A stretch of 64,000 nucleotides of DNA from Lates japonicus (Eukaryota). Position numbers and translations under genes: made by a program. The notes under the pieces were generated by a model. It was not told where the DNA came from and made no database searches. It was given only the letters and a program-made list of their open reading frames with translations. Each line of letters opens with the position of its first letter. Within the stretch, counting starts at the first letter, position 1. Shown here piece by piece: positions 61,937 to 64,000 of the stretch. The stretch is from the NCBI GenBank assembly GCA_033238685.1, contig BRZM01000010.1, positions 3,885,405 to 3,949,404 of the forward strand. Reading direction: 5' to 3'.

Positions 61937-63559
61937 GTGAGTCAGTCTCCCCTTGTATGGTTGAAATTCATTTTTGACTATTACATTCACTGAGACAGAT
62001 TAAGCTTTAACCTTATCAGCACTCATGCACTTTGCTGACCTTCTGGCCAATTCCTTCTCACACCCTTCACACACCCCTGTGCTGTAGTTAAATGTTTGGG
62101 TGTCAAACTCAGAGCAGAGGGTTCTTCCAGGAACTGTAATTTAGCACTGATGTTCTACAATCGATCAGTTTATCCGTCTGATAGACCAATGCAGGACTGA
62201 ACATTTATTTTGATCAGTGGGGCGCTGTAGAGCACGGAGGATTCCCAATTAGTAATGTCTAAGGTGATGCACTTTCTGCTGCCTATAGTGTACAAATGTA
62301 AGACCTAAAGGGCCAGACATGTCAATAATAGAAGCAGGAACATGTTTAGTTTTGAAATGTAAATTCTACCTTTAATTCACTTCTTACAGCAGGTGGAAGT
62401 AGATGAGATTGTGCTTATTTGCCTCGAAACTTCCAAGAATTAAATAAATCACCTACACACACAAAAAGGTGGTAAACTAAATGGTGAGCCCGTGATACAT
62501 CCCACAACTGAAAAAAAAGGTTAAAACAACTGTAAAAACATTAAAATCTCCAATTTCAGTTTAAATTTATTTTAGTTTTAATTAATCCATTTAAATCCAG
62601 TGTTCTTCTTGTGCTGTGGTGTTGACTGATTTATTAAATTTAAAGTCTTAATTAAAGTCTTTGTTGAGGTCTCTATCCATGGATGAGATGTAAAATGTAA
62701 GAAAGAAACTATTCCTCTTTAATTCAGAGTCGACTCAGCAGTAATGGAGGAAGGGTTACTTTACCCACGCAGGTTTATCCAAACATGCAGGAATCAAACT
62801 GGCAAGCCCAGCAACAGTTGCTACCATTTTCAGTCGTCAAAAACAAATCTCATCCTTTCCAACTTGTGTTTGCTTCAAATGAGCTGTTTAGAGGTTTAAC
62901 TGGGCTTGAGAAAGGCATTAACTTGCTTACAGTATGTCTCGACTTCCCTCAGACCGGGGTGCAGTCGGTGATCAACAGTCTGTTAGAGAGATGATCAACA
63001 GTTTCCTCCGCCACTTACAGGTTTCCCTTACTCATGCATGCCGGAGGAGGAAATGCGGCAGTGGTGAATGAATGGAGGGATGTGTCTGTAGCACTGAGGC
63101 TCCAAGGACCAGTTGATCACCCTGGGTGGTTGTCTCTTGACAAATGCAATTAATTTATAGTTACAGTAGCATAAGATGGTGTATTCACATGTAATGAGCA
63201 GATAAACTTGTAAATCCTGTGTGTGGTGGATGTAAATGTCTCAGAGAAGAAGCTGAAGTTTCAACCTGTCTTCTGACACATGCAGGCTGTCTAAAGTTGG
63301 TGATGTCTGTCGTCACCATATAACAACAAGTGTGACTTGTATAACCCAGAATTCTTTTGGAGCAGCAAAACCAGATTTGGAATGGCGGACTCCGCCACCT
63401 CAACGATTAGTTCTGAAAATACAGTGGCCACACTTTATTAGGCTTATTAGGGTACAGCTATATCCAGTACCAGTCCAATCAATATATGATAAATACTACC
63501 CTTTATAAAGCTTATGGTATTATAAAGGTGATTTAATTGCATTAAACTGTTCAGGCCAA

Positions 63560-63900
63560 TAAAGTGGACACTCGAGAAGTAATTACTGAGTGTAAAATTT
63601 CTGTTAAATTGCTATTACGGATAAATGCTGGGACTATAAATAGCATCAAAATGTGGTCTTATTCCCACAGAGAAAACTTTGAGCGATTTCCCGTCTTTGT
63701 CAACATGTCTTCAAACATAGAAGCTGTTCTAAATGATGGAATACAACCAAAAGACCACATCCAAGATAAGTATAAAACCAGACAAGCAAGTTGGGTCCGA
63801 GGTTTGGCCAGGAGACCGCGGATGTTTCTGCATTACCCATCACAACTGTGGCCTTTGAGCCCCCAGCACAATATTTCCCTCCATCACTTCTGGTCATGAG
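63560..63900 (+). mobile_element. Degenerate Tc1/mariner-family transposase C-terminal fragment
   Basis: ORF 63564..63899 contains ..AGTINSIKMW..ENF.. and ..IQPKDHIQDKYKTRQASWVRGLARRPRMFLHYPSQLWPLSPQHNISLHHFW. These resemble the Tc1 ..GTMNAAKY..EENL.. and ..FQQDNDPKHTSK...VLEWPSQSPDLNPIENLW regions. Confidence 0.4.
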
Positions 63901-64000
63901 TCATTTTCTGAAATGTCAATGAGGCTCGAACATGTCTGTCCCATGCCGACCCCAGTTTGGTGCGCCAAATCCCTGTCCTGAGAGTGAGTAATCTCTGTAA

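Overview
The window is vertebrate nuclear DNA, most likely teleost fish. It has GT-AG spliced multi-exon genes, (CA)n/(TA)n microsatellites, a Tc1-like transposase remnant and fish interspersed repeats. No prokaryotic features (CRISPR, operons, rRNA) are present. Three protein-coding genes are well supported by splice-site, reading-frame and homology evidence. (1) A very large + strand gene has its ATG at 2943 and its stop at 20112, with about 42 coding exons. Its first about 38 exons are all phase-0 symmetric and include about 12 tandem copies of a two-exon unit encoding SASxDSLSENxK / EKGG[LF]FSG[ML]F[KR]KSPKP. Its last exons encode an unmistakable apolipoprotein-L (APOL) pore-forming/membrane-addressing domain followed by a K/E- and R/E/S/D-rich tail of about 450 aa. 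This architecture is the most unusual object in the window. (2) A 6-exon + strand gene (27823-31157) encodes a signal peptide, a heavily N-glycosylated DOMON domain of the FRRS1/FRRS1L type, and a hydrophobic C-terminal tail typical of a GPI-anchor signal or membrane anchor. (3) A 7-coding-exon hnRNP C orthologue lies on the minus strand (CDS 32386-34478), with a separate 5'UTR exon near 38993-39085 that shares a CpG-rich bidirectional promoter with an unidentified + strand non-coding first exon. Further downstream there is a GLIS1/GLIS3-like zinc-finger exon (about 61320-61936) whose conserved residues lie in three different reading frames, so it is a pseudogene candidate or an assembly error. 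Also present are a degenerate Tc1/mariner transposase fragment (63560-63900), two copies of a dispersed fish repeat, a tRNA-derived SINE-like fragment, palindromic GCTAGC/GCTAAC-rich sequence near the hnrnpc promoter, and many microsatellites. Several microsatellites sit directly on splice sites of the giant gene. Coordinates were derived by hand and may be off by a few nucleotides.
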